The notes under the pieces: generated by a model
What the model was told of the DNA's origin: nothing
The model's input: the letters and a program-made list of their open reading frames with translations, nothing else
Databases searched by the model: none
Assembly: GCA_963621525.1 (NCBI GenBank)
Contig: CAVFER010000002.1
Span: forward strand, 25,773 to 89,772
Direction: 5' to 3'
DNA from: a bacterium
GTDB taxonomy: Bacteria > Bacillota > Clostridia > Lachnospirales > Lachnospiraceae
DNA: 64,000 bases
Shown: in pieces, positions 17,452 through 26,069 of the stretch
How positions within the stretch are numbered: the first letter of the stretch is position 1
Layout of the letters: each line of letters begins with the position of its first letter
Program-made: the position numbers and the translations under genes

Positions 17452-17505
17452 GTAAGATATGAAGATTGACGGATGCGCGCGCATCCGGATATCGTAATTG
17501 TAAAA

Positions 17506-17551
17506 TACCCCGGTGACTGCCTGGAAAATGGCATCCATCGGGGTACTTTTT
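17506..17551 (+). terminator. tkt intrinsic terminator
   Basis: TACCCCG...CGGGGTA stem followed by CTTTTTA. A perfect GC hairpin CGGATGCGCGCGCATCCG at 17470-17487 precedes it. Confidence 0.65.
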
Positions 17552-17624
17552 ATGTCAACGATGCGCACTCGCGCGATAAGGAAGTTTGTCGCAAACGACC
17601 GCGTCAGCGGCGCGGTTAGACGTT

Positions 17625-17891
17625 TTATTCTTCAATCACCTGTATCTCTAAATAATCGAAATCCACAGTCTCAATAAAATTATCCTGTGTAAATCGGGCT
17701 TTGTCGTGATATTTAAAATCCTGGACCGTAGCATCCAGCCACATAGGCTTTTCCAGGTCAAACTTATAGCATATCTCATCTAAACAATTAAAAACCATCT
17801 GTGTCCTGGAAATAGAATAATCGCCGCAGCAGGCCACCATATCCTTCACCAGATGGTTATCCTTCATGATCTTTCCCCACATCCGAAACAT
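17625..17891 (-). CDS. Small hypothetical cytoplasmic protein (88 aa)
   Basis: Intact ORF divergent from the Fic gene. I recognise no domain. Confidence 0.5.
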   Translation of the reverse strand: MFRMWGKIMKDNHLVKDMVACCGDYSISRTQMVFNCLDEICYKFDLEKPMWLDATVQDFKYHDKARFTQDNFIETVDFDYLEIQVIEE

Positions 17892-17975
17892 GTATTTTCC
17901 AGCCTTTCTTTTTGTTCAGTGCTATACGTCAGTATAGCATATCCTAATGGGATATGTACAGAAGGGAAAACACAT

Positions 17976-18057
17976 CTTATCTGCATATAAAAGATAGAAT
18001 TATATGCAGATAAGGTTGTTTTTTCTGCATATATCATGATAAAATCATATGCAGAAA
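17976..18057. promoter_or_regulatory. Two perfect inverted repeats sharing the core CTGCATAT/ATATGCAG (candidate operators) in the divergent Fic promoter region
   Basis: IR1 is CTTATCTGCATATAA (17976-17990)/TTATATGCAGATAAG (18000-18014). IR2 is TTTCTGCATAT (18022-18032)/ATATGCAGAAA (18047-18057). IR2 abuts the Fic RBS. Confidence 0.55.
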
Positions 18058-18066
18058 GGTGGTACA

Positions 18067-19116
18067 ATGATGAGGGATTTTGACTATTCATTTTTAAATA
18101 ATGGCTTACTTCCAGCCAGTTTAGTAAACCTTACTGCCAATATTGCAGAATTAAAAATAATGGCAGGTGTGCGAAAAGAAGAATATATACAGATATTTAC
18201 AGAATTAGAAGCTGTGGCAAAAGTACAGTCAATCAAAAGTTCTAATGCCATTGAAGGTATCGTGACCAGTGATGAACGTATTGCGGCAATTGTCAATCAG
18301 AATAGTGCCCCGTTAAATCACAATGAAGCTGAAATTGCCGGATATCGTGATGCTTTAAATGAGATCCATTTAGGATATGAACATATTGATTTTCGTGAAA
18401 GAGATATTTTACGTTTACATGAAATTTTAATGCAGTTTACGGGAAATGGCATTGGTGGCCAGTATAAGATGGATGATAATGTGATTCTGGAAATTGACGC
18501 AAAAGGCAGACGAAAGGTTCGGTTTCATCCCACATCAGCGTTGGAAACACCAGAAGCAATGGAACAGTTAACCCTTGCATATATGGATGCCCGCAGTGAT
18601 GCCAATATTAACCAATTATTGCTTATTCCTTGTGTTATCCTGGATTTTCTTTGTATTCATCCGTTTCGTGATGGGAATGGAAGAATGTCCCGGCTGTTAT
18701 CATTGTTATTGCTTTATAAAAATGGGTTTGATGCTGGAAAATATGTGTCGTTTGAAGAGCAGATAAATAGTTATAAAGCTTATTATTATGAAGCATTGCG
18801 AAAGTCATCAACAGACTGGGAGAAAAATGAAAATTCATATTTCCCATTTATTGAAAATTTCCTGTCAACTCTTTATATGTGTTATAAAGAGCTGGACAAA
18901 CGTTTTGCTATTGTAAATGGCAGGAAAATTACAAAGAAAGCCAGAATAGAGTCTACAGTGCTGAACAGTTTGACGCCCATTTCTAAATCAGAAATATGTA
19001 AAATATTACCAGATGTCAGTCCAACTACAGTGGAAGTGGTTTTAGGGGAAATGGTAAAGACGGGAAGTATACGACGCGTAGGAGCTGGGCGTATGACAAG
19101 ATATATTAAGGGATGA
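18067..19116 (+). CDS. Fic-family protein (class II, N-terminal inhibitory motif) with C-terminal winged-helix domain
   Basis: Fic motif HPFRDGNGRMSR (18658-18693). Inhibitory-helix motif SNAIEG (18241-18258). The C-terminal SKSEICKILPDVSPTTVEVVLGEMVKTGSIRRVG looks like a winged helix-turn-helix (wHTH). AGGTGG lies 4-7 nt before ATG 18067/18070. Confidence 0.85.
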   Translation: MMRDFDYSFLNNGLLPASLVNLTANIAELKIMAGVRKEEYIQIFTELEAVAKVQSIKSSNAIEGIVTSDERIAAIVNQNSAPLNHNEAEIAGYRDALNEIHLGYEHIDFRERDILRLHEILMQFTGNGIGGQYKMDDNVILEIDAKGRRKVRFHPTSALETPEAMEQLTLAYMDARSDANINQLLLIPCVILDFLCIHPFRDGNGRMSRLLSLLLLYKNGFDAGKYVSFEEQINSYKAYYYEALRKSSTDWEKNENSYFPFIENFLSTLYMCYKELDKRFAIVNGRKITKKARIESTVLNSLTPISKSEICKILPDVSPTTVEVVLGEMVKTGSIRRVGAGRMTRYIKG

Positions 19117-19200
19117 ATGAAGAGAGTAAGTTGCACTGTTAAATGAGAAATTCTTGAGATGCAGGAGTGTACTCGCGTTGACGTAGAAATGATATATTTT

Positions 19201-19248
19201 ATTCAAAATGTTTTTATTAAAATGGATTTGAATAAAAACATTTTGAAT
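19201..19248. repeat. 18-bp perfect AT-rich inverted repeat
   Basis: ATTCAAAATGTTTTTATT (19201-19218)/AATAAAAACATTTTGAAT (19231-19248), with a 12-nt spacer. Confidence 0.8.
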
Positions 19249-19267
19249 TAATTGGGAGGTGATCTAT

Positions 19268-19333
19268 ATGTTTGTAGGAAGAGAAAGGGAATTGGATCAC
19301 TATCAGAAGAGGATGTATTGTTACTTACATTAG
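19268..19333 (+). pseudogene. 21-codon remnant resembling the N-terminus of an AAA-type ATP-binding protein
   Basis: GGAGG lies 8 nt before the ATG. MFVGRERELDHYQKRMYCYLH-stop. MFVGRE+EL is a common N-terminus of DUF234/archaeal-ATPase-type proteins (from recall, not searched). Confidence 0.35.
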
Positions 19334-19438
19334 ATTCGCTTTATGAATAAACCATTCCTTGCCCTGATACGGGTTTTGTAGTAAGCTATAACTAATGATA
19401 AAATCCCCCAAATTTGGGTGGAGAGGAGGTACTGGGCA

Positions 19439-20542
19439 GTGGAGCAGGCTATTACTGATTATGTGAAATTTCTGGCAGATGCCAGGGATGCAGTGTATCG
19501 TCTGAATAATGATCAGGCGACAGCAAAGCAGTTAAAAGAACAGGGAGAACGCCAGGAAAAAGAGCTGGCAGCTGCAAAAAAGGCAGTGACAGATTCGGTG
19601 AATCAGACCATAAAAAAACGGCGCAGTGAGATCGATACAAGTTATGATAAAGAGATCGCAAAAGGTCAGGAGCGGTTGAAAAAAGCCAGAACCCAGCGTG
19701 AAAAAGCCAAAAATAAAGGAATGAAGGAACGGATCGCAGAGGAAACCAGTGAGCTGAGAGAGCACAACCGGGATCTGCAGGTACAGATGAAGACCATGTT
19801 CCAGAAGGATAAAGTACCTGTATTCTGTCGCACTACATTTTATTATGCGCTGTATTATGCACGGGGATTTAAAGAGCGCATGATCGGGTTTATTACCTTC
19901 CTGATCTGCTTTTTAGCACTTCCATGCGGTATTTATTTCCTGCTTCCGAATCGGAAGATCTGGTATCTGGTGCTGGTTTATTTTGCAGATATCATTATTT
20001 TCGGAGGCCTGTATGTGACTATTGGAAACAGAAGCCGGTCCCGTTACCAGGATGCCTTAAAACAGGGCCGCGAAATCCGTAACCTGTTAAATTCCAATGA
20101 AAAGAAGATTAAAGTCATTACTCACAGTATTGAAAAAGACGGAAATGAAGATATTTACGATCTGGAAAAATACGATGATGAGATCGCCTGCGCACAGCAG
20201 GAACTGTCTGATATAGCGGCAAAGAAAAAAGATGCCATCAGCAGCTTTGAAAATGTGACCAGAAATATCATCGCAGATGAGATTGAAGGCAGCTACAAAG
20301 CCGAGATCGAAGAGATGGAAAAGAAGCTGAAAGAAGTGCAGGATACTCTTGCGGAGTTAGAAAGCAACATCCGTCAGCAGAATATCCATATTACGGACAC
20401 CTTTGGTCCGTATCTGGGCAAGGAATATCTGGATTCAGATAAACTTCTTGGTTTAACAAAACTGATTCAGTCAGGAGTCGCCGGGAATATTACCGAAGCC
20501 ATTGAACTGGATAAGAAGGGTCATGCAACGAATGAACCGTAA
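19439..20542 (+). CDS. Hypothetical coiled-coil membrane protein
   Basis: K/E/Q-rich heptad-like N- and C-terminal regions flank hydrophobic segments (IGFITFLICFLALPCGIYFLL, WYLVLVYFADIIIFGGLYV). GTG 19439 has AGGAGG 9 nt upstream; the track start is GTG 19418. Confidence 0.55.
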   Translation: MEQAITDYVKFLADARDAVYRLNNDQATAKQLKEQGERQEKELAAAKKAVTDSVNQTIKKRRSEIDTSYDKEIAKGQERLKKARTQREKAKNKGMKERIAEETSELREHNRDLQVQMKTMFQKDKVPVFCRTTFYYALYYARGFKERMIGFITFLICFLALPCGIYFLLPNRKIWYLVLVYFADIIIFGGLYVTIGNRSRSRYQDALKQGREIRNLLNSNEKKIKVITHSIEKDGNEDIYDLEKYDDEIACAQQELSDIAAKKKDAISSFENVTRNIIADEIEGSYKAEIEEMEKKLKEVQDTLAELESNIRQQNIHITDTFGPYLGKEYLDSDKLLGLTKLIQSGVAGNITEAIELDKKGHATNEP

Positions 20543-20581
20543 CAGGAAAAAAATCAGTAAAAATGGAAAAATAAAAATTAG

Positions 20582-20610
20582 TTGAAAACCAAACAAAACC
20601 GCACTATAAT
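20582..20610 (+). promoter_or_regulatory. Promoter of the thiD-cytX leader
   Basis: TTGAAA, 17-nt spacer, TATAAT. Confidence 0.65.
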
Positions 20611-20615
20611 AGTAA

Positions 20616-20725
20616 AGAACTGGAAAAGGGGAGCTGGCAGTGAGCTGGCTGAGAGTGGGATGCGTTTCCCAGACCCGTAACCTGATTTGGATAATGCCAA
20701 CGTAGGGATATAAAACCGAGGTCGT
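20616..20725 (+). promoter_or_regulatory. TPP (THI-box) riboswitch
   Basis: GGGGAGC...GCTGAGAG...ACCC..AACCTGATTTGGATAATGCCAACGTAGGGA conserved core. Confidence 0.9.
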
Positions 20726-20743
20726 TTTAGAGTGTGATCTTAG

Positions 20744-20776
20744 CGGATATGTCTGTTGCGGGCATGTCCGTTTTTT
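20744..20776 (+). terminator. TPP riboswitch terminator
   Basis: CGGATATGTCT/GGGCATGTCCG stem (with G-U pairs) followed by TTTTTT. Confidence 0.75.
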
Positions 20777-20994
20777 ATTGTCATGCATCGCTGGTTATCG
20801 TCGTGATGATCGGGGCGGTGCTTAGTACATCGTTTACAAAATAACTAGCGATGTACTAGTACATTGTTTCAGGTCTTCCAGGCGGCATATTGGGGGCACC
20901 ACCTTATGTCGCATAATAAAACGTGGCCTGCAGTAAAATATGCAGAATGTACATGGTATACACTGTAGGAATGCTGAGAAGGGAGAAGACGAAT

Positions 20995-21801
20995 ATGAAA
21001 ACAGCATTAACGATCGCCGGAAGTGATTCCAGCGGAGGCGCCGGTATTCAGGCCGACATTAAGACAATGATGGCAAATGGAGTATTTGCCATGAGCGCGA
21101 TCACAGCACTGACTGCGCAGAACACAACAGGAGTGGAGGCAATCTTAAATGCCACTCCACAGTTTCTTGGACAGGAATTAGACTGTATTTTTACAGATAT
21201 TTACCCGGATGCGGTAAAGATCGGTATGGTATCCGACAAAGAACTGATCGGTATAATCGCGGCAAAATTAAAGCAGTACGATGCAAAGAACGTGGTAGTA
21301 GACCCGGTCATGGTGGCTACCAGCGGAGCAAGACTGATTGGTGAGGACTCCATTGAGACTTTAAAGGCAGAATTATTCCCACTGGCAAAGCTCTTAACAC
21401 CAAATATCCCGGAAACAGAAGAATTGACCGGTATGAAGATCACATCTGCTGCAGATATGGAAGCAGCAGCAAAGAAGATCTCTGAGACCTATCACTGTGC
21501 AGTTCTCTGCAAAGGCGGACATAAATTAAATGATGCAAATGACCTGCTTTGGAGCGAAGGAAAGAGTCGTTGGTTTGCCGGAAAACGCATTGACAATCCA
21601 AATACACATGGAACCGGCTGTACCTTATCATCAGCCATTGCTTCCAACCTGGCAAAAGGCTTTGATCTGGAAACAAGCGTAGAGCGTGCAAAAGATTATA
21701 TTTCCGGTGCTTTAGCAGCTATGCTGGATCTTGGAAAAGGCAGCGGACCTATGGATCATGGTTTTGCCATTGATAATGAATATACAAGGGAGGCAGAATA
21801 A
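20995..21801 (+). CDS. thiD: Hydroxymethylpyrimidine/phosphomethylpyrimidine kinase
   Basis: MKTALTIAGSDSSGGAGIQADIKT..., VVVDPVMVATSG, and NTHGTGCTLSSAIA motifs. The track start 20923 is a spurious extension. Confidence 0.9.
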   Translation: MKTALTIAGSDSSGGAGIQADIKTMMANGVFAMSAITALTAQNTTGVEAILNATPQFLGQELDCIFTDIYPDAVKIGMVSDKELIGIIAAKLKQYDAKNVVVDPVMVATSGARLIGEDSIETLKAELFPLAKLLTPNIPETEELTGMKITSAADMEAAAKKISETYHCAVLCKGGHKLNDANDLLWSEGKSRWFAGKRIDNPNTHGTGCTLSSAIASNLAKGFDLETSVERAKDYISGALAAMLDLGKGSGPMDHGFAIDNEYTREAE

Positions 21802-21803
21802 TT

Positions 21804-22964
21804 ATGGAAAGAAGAACCTCTCTTTTTGACAACGGCCTGATCTGGTTTGGCGCAGGTGTTTCCCTGGCAGAGATCCTGACAGGTACGTACTTTTCTGCTT
21901 TAGGTTTTGGAAAAGGCTTTGCAGCTATTGTCCTGGGACATGTGATCGGCTGCGTTCTTCTGTTTTTAGCAGGCGTCATCGGCGGAAAGAGCCGTTTAAG
22001 CGCTATGGAAACAGTAAAAAGCAGCTTCGGCAACAAGGGCGGCCTGTTTTTCGCCCTGTTAAATGTATTGCAGTTAGTTGGCTGGACTGCCATTATGATC
22101 TATGACGGCGCTCTGGCAGCAGGCGGCATTTTCTCATCCGGACACTGGATCTGGTGCCTTGTCATCGGTGCTTTGATCGTTGTATGGATTATGGTTGGAA
22201 TCACCAATCTTGGAAAGATCAATACAGTGGCAATGACAGCCCTGTTTTTACTGACACTGGTGCTTTGCAAGGTTATTTTCTTTGGCGGAAATACTGTTCT
22301 TTCACAGCCGGATGACAGCCTTTCCTTTGGCGCAGCAGTAGAACTGGCAGTTGCTATGCCATTATCATGGCTTCCGTTGATCAGCGATTATACCAGAGAA
22401 GCCGAAAAGCCGGTAGCAGCAACGGCAGTCAGCGCTGTTGTATATGGTCTGGTAAGCTGCTGGATGTATGTGATCGGTATGGGCGCATCTATCTTAACCG
22501 GCGAGTCCGACATTGCCCAGATCATGTTAAAGGCCGGTTTAAGCATTATTGCTCTGATCATCGTAGTATTTTCAACTGTCACAACCACCTTCCTGGATGC
22601 CTACTCTGCAGGTATCTCCAACGAGTCCATTTTCCCGCAGTTTAAGGGGCAGTATGTGGCAGTTGCAGTAACCGTTATAGGAACTATAGGAGCCATCGTA
22701 TTTCCAATGGATGACATTACCGGCTTCTTATACTTGATCGGTTCTGTATTTGCACCGATGATCGCTATTCAGATCGCGGACTACTTTATCTTACACAGAG
22801 ACAGAAGAAAAACCGCATTTGACGCCAGAAACCTGGTGATCTGGGTCGTTGGTTTTGTTTTATACCGTATTCTGATGAATGTAGATCTGCCGGTTGGAAA
22901 TACACTGCCGGATATGATAATTACCATAGTGCTGTGCGTGATCGCAGGCGCGGTGTTGCATTAA
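21804..22964 (+). CDS. cytX: Putative hydroxymethylpyrimidine transporter (CytX-like, NCS1 family)
   Basis: 386 aa, about 12 TM. It follows thiD directly under TPP riboswitch control, the arrangement I recall as typical for cytX. Confidence 0.7.
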   Translation: MERRTSLFDNGLIWFGAGVSLAEILTGTYFSALGFGKGFAAIVLGHVIGCVLLFLAGVIGGKSRLSAMETVKSSFGNKGGLFFALLNVLQLVGWTAIMIYDGALAAGGIFSSGHWIWCLVIGALIVVWIMVGITNLGKINTVAMTALFLLTLVLCKVIFFGGNTVLSQPDDSLSFGAAVELAVAMPLSWLPLISDYTREAEKPVAATAVSAVVYGLVSCWMYVIGMGASILTGESDIAQIMLKAGLSIIALIIVVFSTVTTTFLDAYSAGISNESIFPQFKGQYVAVAVTVIGTIGAIVFPMDDITGFLYLIGSVFAPMIAIQIADYFILHRDRRKTAFDARNLVIWVVGFVLYRILMNVDLPVGNTLPDMIITIVLCVIAGAVLH

Positions 22965-24853
22965 GCTAACAAAGATACCTGATGCGCAATCCCTTCCTCT
23001 CTCAATATCTCTTCCTCTCTCTGATGACAGGTAAAGATAATACACTGGTTATTCCAGGCTTTTGAAAGCCACTTCAGGGCGGTTTTTAAACGATCATCGT
23101 CGTAGAGTGCAAAACTGTCATCAAAGATCAGTGGCATACTGCCTTTATTGCCGATTACAAGTTTGGCGGCAGCCAGACGGACAGCCAGATAAATCTGATC
23201 CATGGTGCCGCTGCTGACCTGTTCAATAGGGACCAGACGGGTGGGGGTGTTCATAAAGATACTTAAGTCCTGATCAATGCTCATGCTGCGGTAGATGCCG
23301 CCGGTAATGCCTTCGATCAGTTCAGAAGCAGTTTTGTTTAAATAAAGTCCGAAGGAATCACGGATGGTGGTGGACAGATTGGTCATGGTATCCTGAGCCA
23401 GATCTACAGCGTCTAATTCTTCCTGGATATGTTCATTTTCGGACAAAACATGTTTTAACTGATCTGCTTCGTTTTTCTTTGCAGCCAGCTGCTCTAATTT
23501 CTGTTCCAGTTCCCATTGGATGCGCTGCTGTTTCTCTATTTCACCGGATATGCCTTCTTCTGTCTGCTGTAGCTTACTGATTTCTTCCGACATGGCTTTC
23601 AGGGTATGTTCCGACTGTTCCACAGCCTTGCTTAACCGCAGGAAACCGCCTAACTTCTCTTCCAGGGTATCCAGAGCTTCATTGGAAATAGAGGAGTCCT
23701 GAAGATGTCTTGAAAAGATCTCCTGGAGAAGTCTTGTTTCAGTATCCAGCTGCTTTTTAAAATGTCGGCTGCGGTTTATTAACATAATTCCGGAAACCAG
23801 GAAAAGGATACCGCACAGTCCGCATAAAAGTGCCGGAAGTTGTAATGCGGCTGGTGAAAGCTGTAAAAATCTGGGAGCCAGACTGGAGAGAAAGGCAATA
23901 CCGGTTTCCGGTGCCAGCAGGAAGAACAGGCCACTTCCAATGCCAAAAGCTGCAAGAAACAACAGAAAAAATGCCCCCACAGTCCGGAAACGCTTATTGC
24001 AGGCTTCCGTTGCACTGATGTAATTCTGAAAATGCTGTCGGGTTTCATCTCTGTATTTTTCTACAGATGCCTGGTCTGTAAACTGGCTGTTTAATAAGAT
24101 CTGCCGTCCTTTTGCAGCCTTTTCTAAAAGCACTTCTTTTTCTTTCTGCTTTTTATCCAGTTCTTCTTTTATAACACTCCGTTCCTGACGTTTTGCAGTC
24201 AGTTGGTTCGCATATTCCGGAGCAGATATTTCCTGCTCGATTTTTCGGATCTCACTGAGAGCTGCTACATAGTTTTTGGCCGCTTCCGGTGCGAACCGGG
24301 TTTCTAACTGCTTGCGCTGGGATTTTAAATAGGCACTGGCCTTGGTGATGTTTATGGCAATGCTTCCGGAAGTATTTAAGTTTGCAATGTAATTTCGCAG
24401 CTCCGAAACCATTCCTCCGTCTGTGGCACATTTTAACTGACCGATGCTGACGGTATTGTCATAGGCAGTTTCGGACAGACCGCAGCGCAGCTTGTCCCAC
24501 AAAGCTTTGTTGCTTTCTTCTTCTTTTCCCGTAGTTTCATTAATAATGCTAAGGCGCTTGTCTCCTTTCTGGAAACGGCGCTCGATGCGGTAGACCTGTC
24601 CGTCACATTCCACCCGCAGATAACCTTCATAGACGCCACTCTGGGTCCATGGCTGGAATTTGGAATAAGTATCATTTTTAGAAGCGCGTCCCCGCCCCCG
24701 TTCAATGCCAAAAAGCATGCCCTTGATAAAGGTATGTAAGGTAGATTTACCGGCCTCGTTCTTTCCGTAAACCACATTTAAACCGTCCTGAAAGGAAATG
24801 TCACGGTTATGAAATTTTCCAAAGCCGTCAATATGCAGACTGAGTATTTTCAT
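22961..24853 (-). CDS. SMC/SbcC-like AAA ATPase (YhaN-like) with central hydrophobic hairpin
   Basis: Walker A GKNEAGKST, long coiled-coil segments, signature-like SSGTMDQIYLAVRLA and Walker B PLIFDDSF. ATG 24853 (MKILSLHIDGFGKF) lies 4 nt after the upstream stop, with AAAGGAG preceding it. Confidence 0.7.
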   Translation of the reverse strand: MKILSLHIDGFGKFHNRDISFQDGLNVVYGKNEAGKSTLHTFIKGMLFGIERGRGRASKNDTYSKFQPWTQSGVYEGYLRVECDGQVYRIERRFQKGDKRLSIINETTGKEEESNKALWDKLRCGLSETAYDNTVSIGQLKCATDGGMVSELRNYIANLNTSGSIAINITKASAYLKSQRKQLETRFAPEAAKNYVAALSEIRKIEQEISAPEYANQLTAKRQERSVIKEELDKKQKEKEVLLEKAAKGRQILLNSQFTDQASVEKYRDETRQHFQNYISATEACNKRFRTVGAFFLLFLAAFGIGSGLFFLLAPETGIAFLSSLAPRFLQLSPAALQLPALLCGLCGILFLVSGIMLINRSRHFKKQLDTETRLLQEIFSRHLQDSSISNEALDTLEEKLGGFLRLSKAVEQSEHTLKAMSEEISKLQQTEEGISGEIEKQQRIQWELEQKLEQLAAKKNEADQLKHVLSENEHIQEELDAVDLAQDTMTNLSTTIRDSFGLYLNKTASELIEGITGGIYRSMSIDQDLSIFMNTPTRLVPIEQVSSGTMDQIYLAVRLAAAKLVIGNKGSMPLIFDDSFALYDDDRLKTALKWLSKAWNNQCIIFTCHQREEEILREEGIAHQVSLLA

Positions 24854-24857
24854 GGGT

Positions 24858-25928
24858 TTAGCTCCTTTCATCGGTGGTGTGAAGCAGGGCATTGACACCA
24901 TAATATAGTGCTTTTTTTTCTACAGGGCCCATATCGTCATTCTGAAGCGCCTGGATGAAAAATCCGATCATATCACTGGAATGTTCTGCAAACAAGGCAG
25001 AAAAGTCATAATCCGGCTCTGTATCGTCGATGACCTCAGCGATGCGGTAAAATGTTTGCAGGGAAGACAGATCAAATTCAATATCCGGGTCCCGCATGCC
25101 TTTGATCCGGAAACGGTAAATATTATTTGTGCCTCGTTTTTGAATCTCTGCTTCGATCCGGTCTGCCAACTCCCCGTTGGTCGTTTCTTTTGAAACATTC
25201 ACAGCCAAAGGTATATATTGAAGAGAGGCAGCAGGAACAAACTCCAGATGGGTCAGCTTCCGGGTCACAGGATGGATCTCGCCGGTAAAATATCCGTGGA
25301 TACCGGTTTCTGTCAGGTCTAAAGGTTCCGGTGAACCGCAGTAAGCCATTTTATCCTCAGCGATTACCTTAGGTTTGTGGATATGTCCTAAGGCAATGTA
25401 AGAAAATGGGGATAACTCCAGACTGTTAAAGTTTAACGGTAAGTGGGAAGCATCTCCGCCGTGTGCCATCAGGATCTGGATGTGGTTGTTTAAAGGAACC
25501 TGGATGTCCTCTAACAGTGGTTTTTTGATCTCTGTGGTGTGATAGCTGAAACCATAAACTTCGGTATTGATATCCTCAAAATATACAGATTTTAAAGTAG
25601 GATCCATGAGAAATGTGACGTTGGGACTCCATGCAAAGCTTAAAAGAGCAGAATTATCCCGGATGCGGTCATGGTTTCCTGCAATGAGGATGACTTTTAC
25701 ATTGGGAATGGTGGTAAACAGATAGTTGACTTCTTTTAAGTCGCGCACAAGCGGCTGGCGGTGGAACAGGTCACCGCTGACAAACAGGCAGTCAGCCTGT
25801 AACTTTCCTGCCTGTGCAACGATCTTCTTAAAAGTATCTTTGATCGCCTGAGCCCGTTCGCGTCCCCATGGCTTATCTGCATCGGGAGTCATTCCCCAGT
25901 GGATATCGCCTGTATGGATAAATTTCAT
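24858..25928 (-). CDS. Metallophosphoesterase DNA-repair exonuclease (SbcD/YhaO-like)
   Basis: GDIHWG, SGDLFH, AGNHD, MAHGG and LGHIH calcineurin-like phosphoesterase motifs. Confidence 0.8.
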   Translation of the reverse strand: MKFIHTGDIHWGMTPDADKPWGRERAQAIKDTFKKIVAQAGKLQADCLFVSGDLFHRQPLVRDLKEVNYLFTTIPNVKVILIAGNHDRIRDNSALLSFAWSPNVTFLMDPTLKSVYFEDINTEVYGFSYHTTEIKKPLLEDIQVPLNNHIQILMAHGGDASHLPLNFNSLELSPFSYIALGHIHKPKVIAEDKMAYCGSPEPLDLTETGIHGYFTGEIHPVTRKLTHLEFVPAASLQYIPLAVNVSKETTNGELADRIEAEIQKRGTNNIYRFRIKGMRDPDIEFDLSSLQTFYRIAEVIDDTEPDYDFSALFAEHSSDMIGFFIQALQNDDMGPVEKKALYYGVNALLHTTDERS

Positions 25929-25963
25929 GGATACCTCCTTTTTTGGATTTCAAGATTATAGTT

Positions 25964-26001
25964 TAAAAAATGGCGCAAAACAAAGAAATCTGTTTTGCGC
26001 C
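25964..26001 (-). terminator. asnS intrinsic terminator
   Basis: GGCGCAAAACA/TGTTTTGCGCC, an 11-bp perfect stem followed by a U tract on the minus strand. Confidence 0.8.
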
Positions 26002-26069
26002 GGGTATGTTTGTGTAAGCCAACGAATTGCTACGCAGCTGCGCAGCTCCCGCACTTTTGTTCCCTTGGC

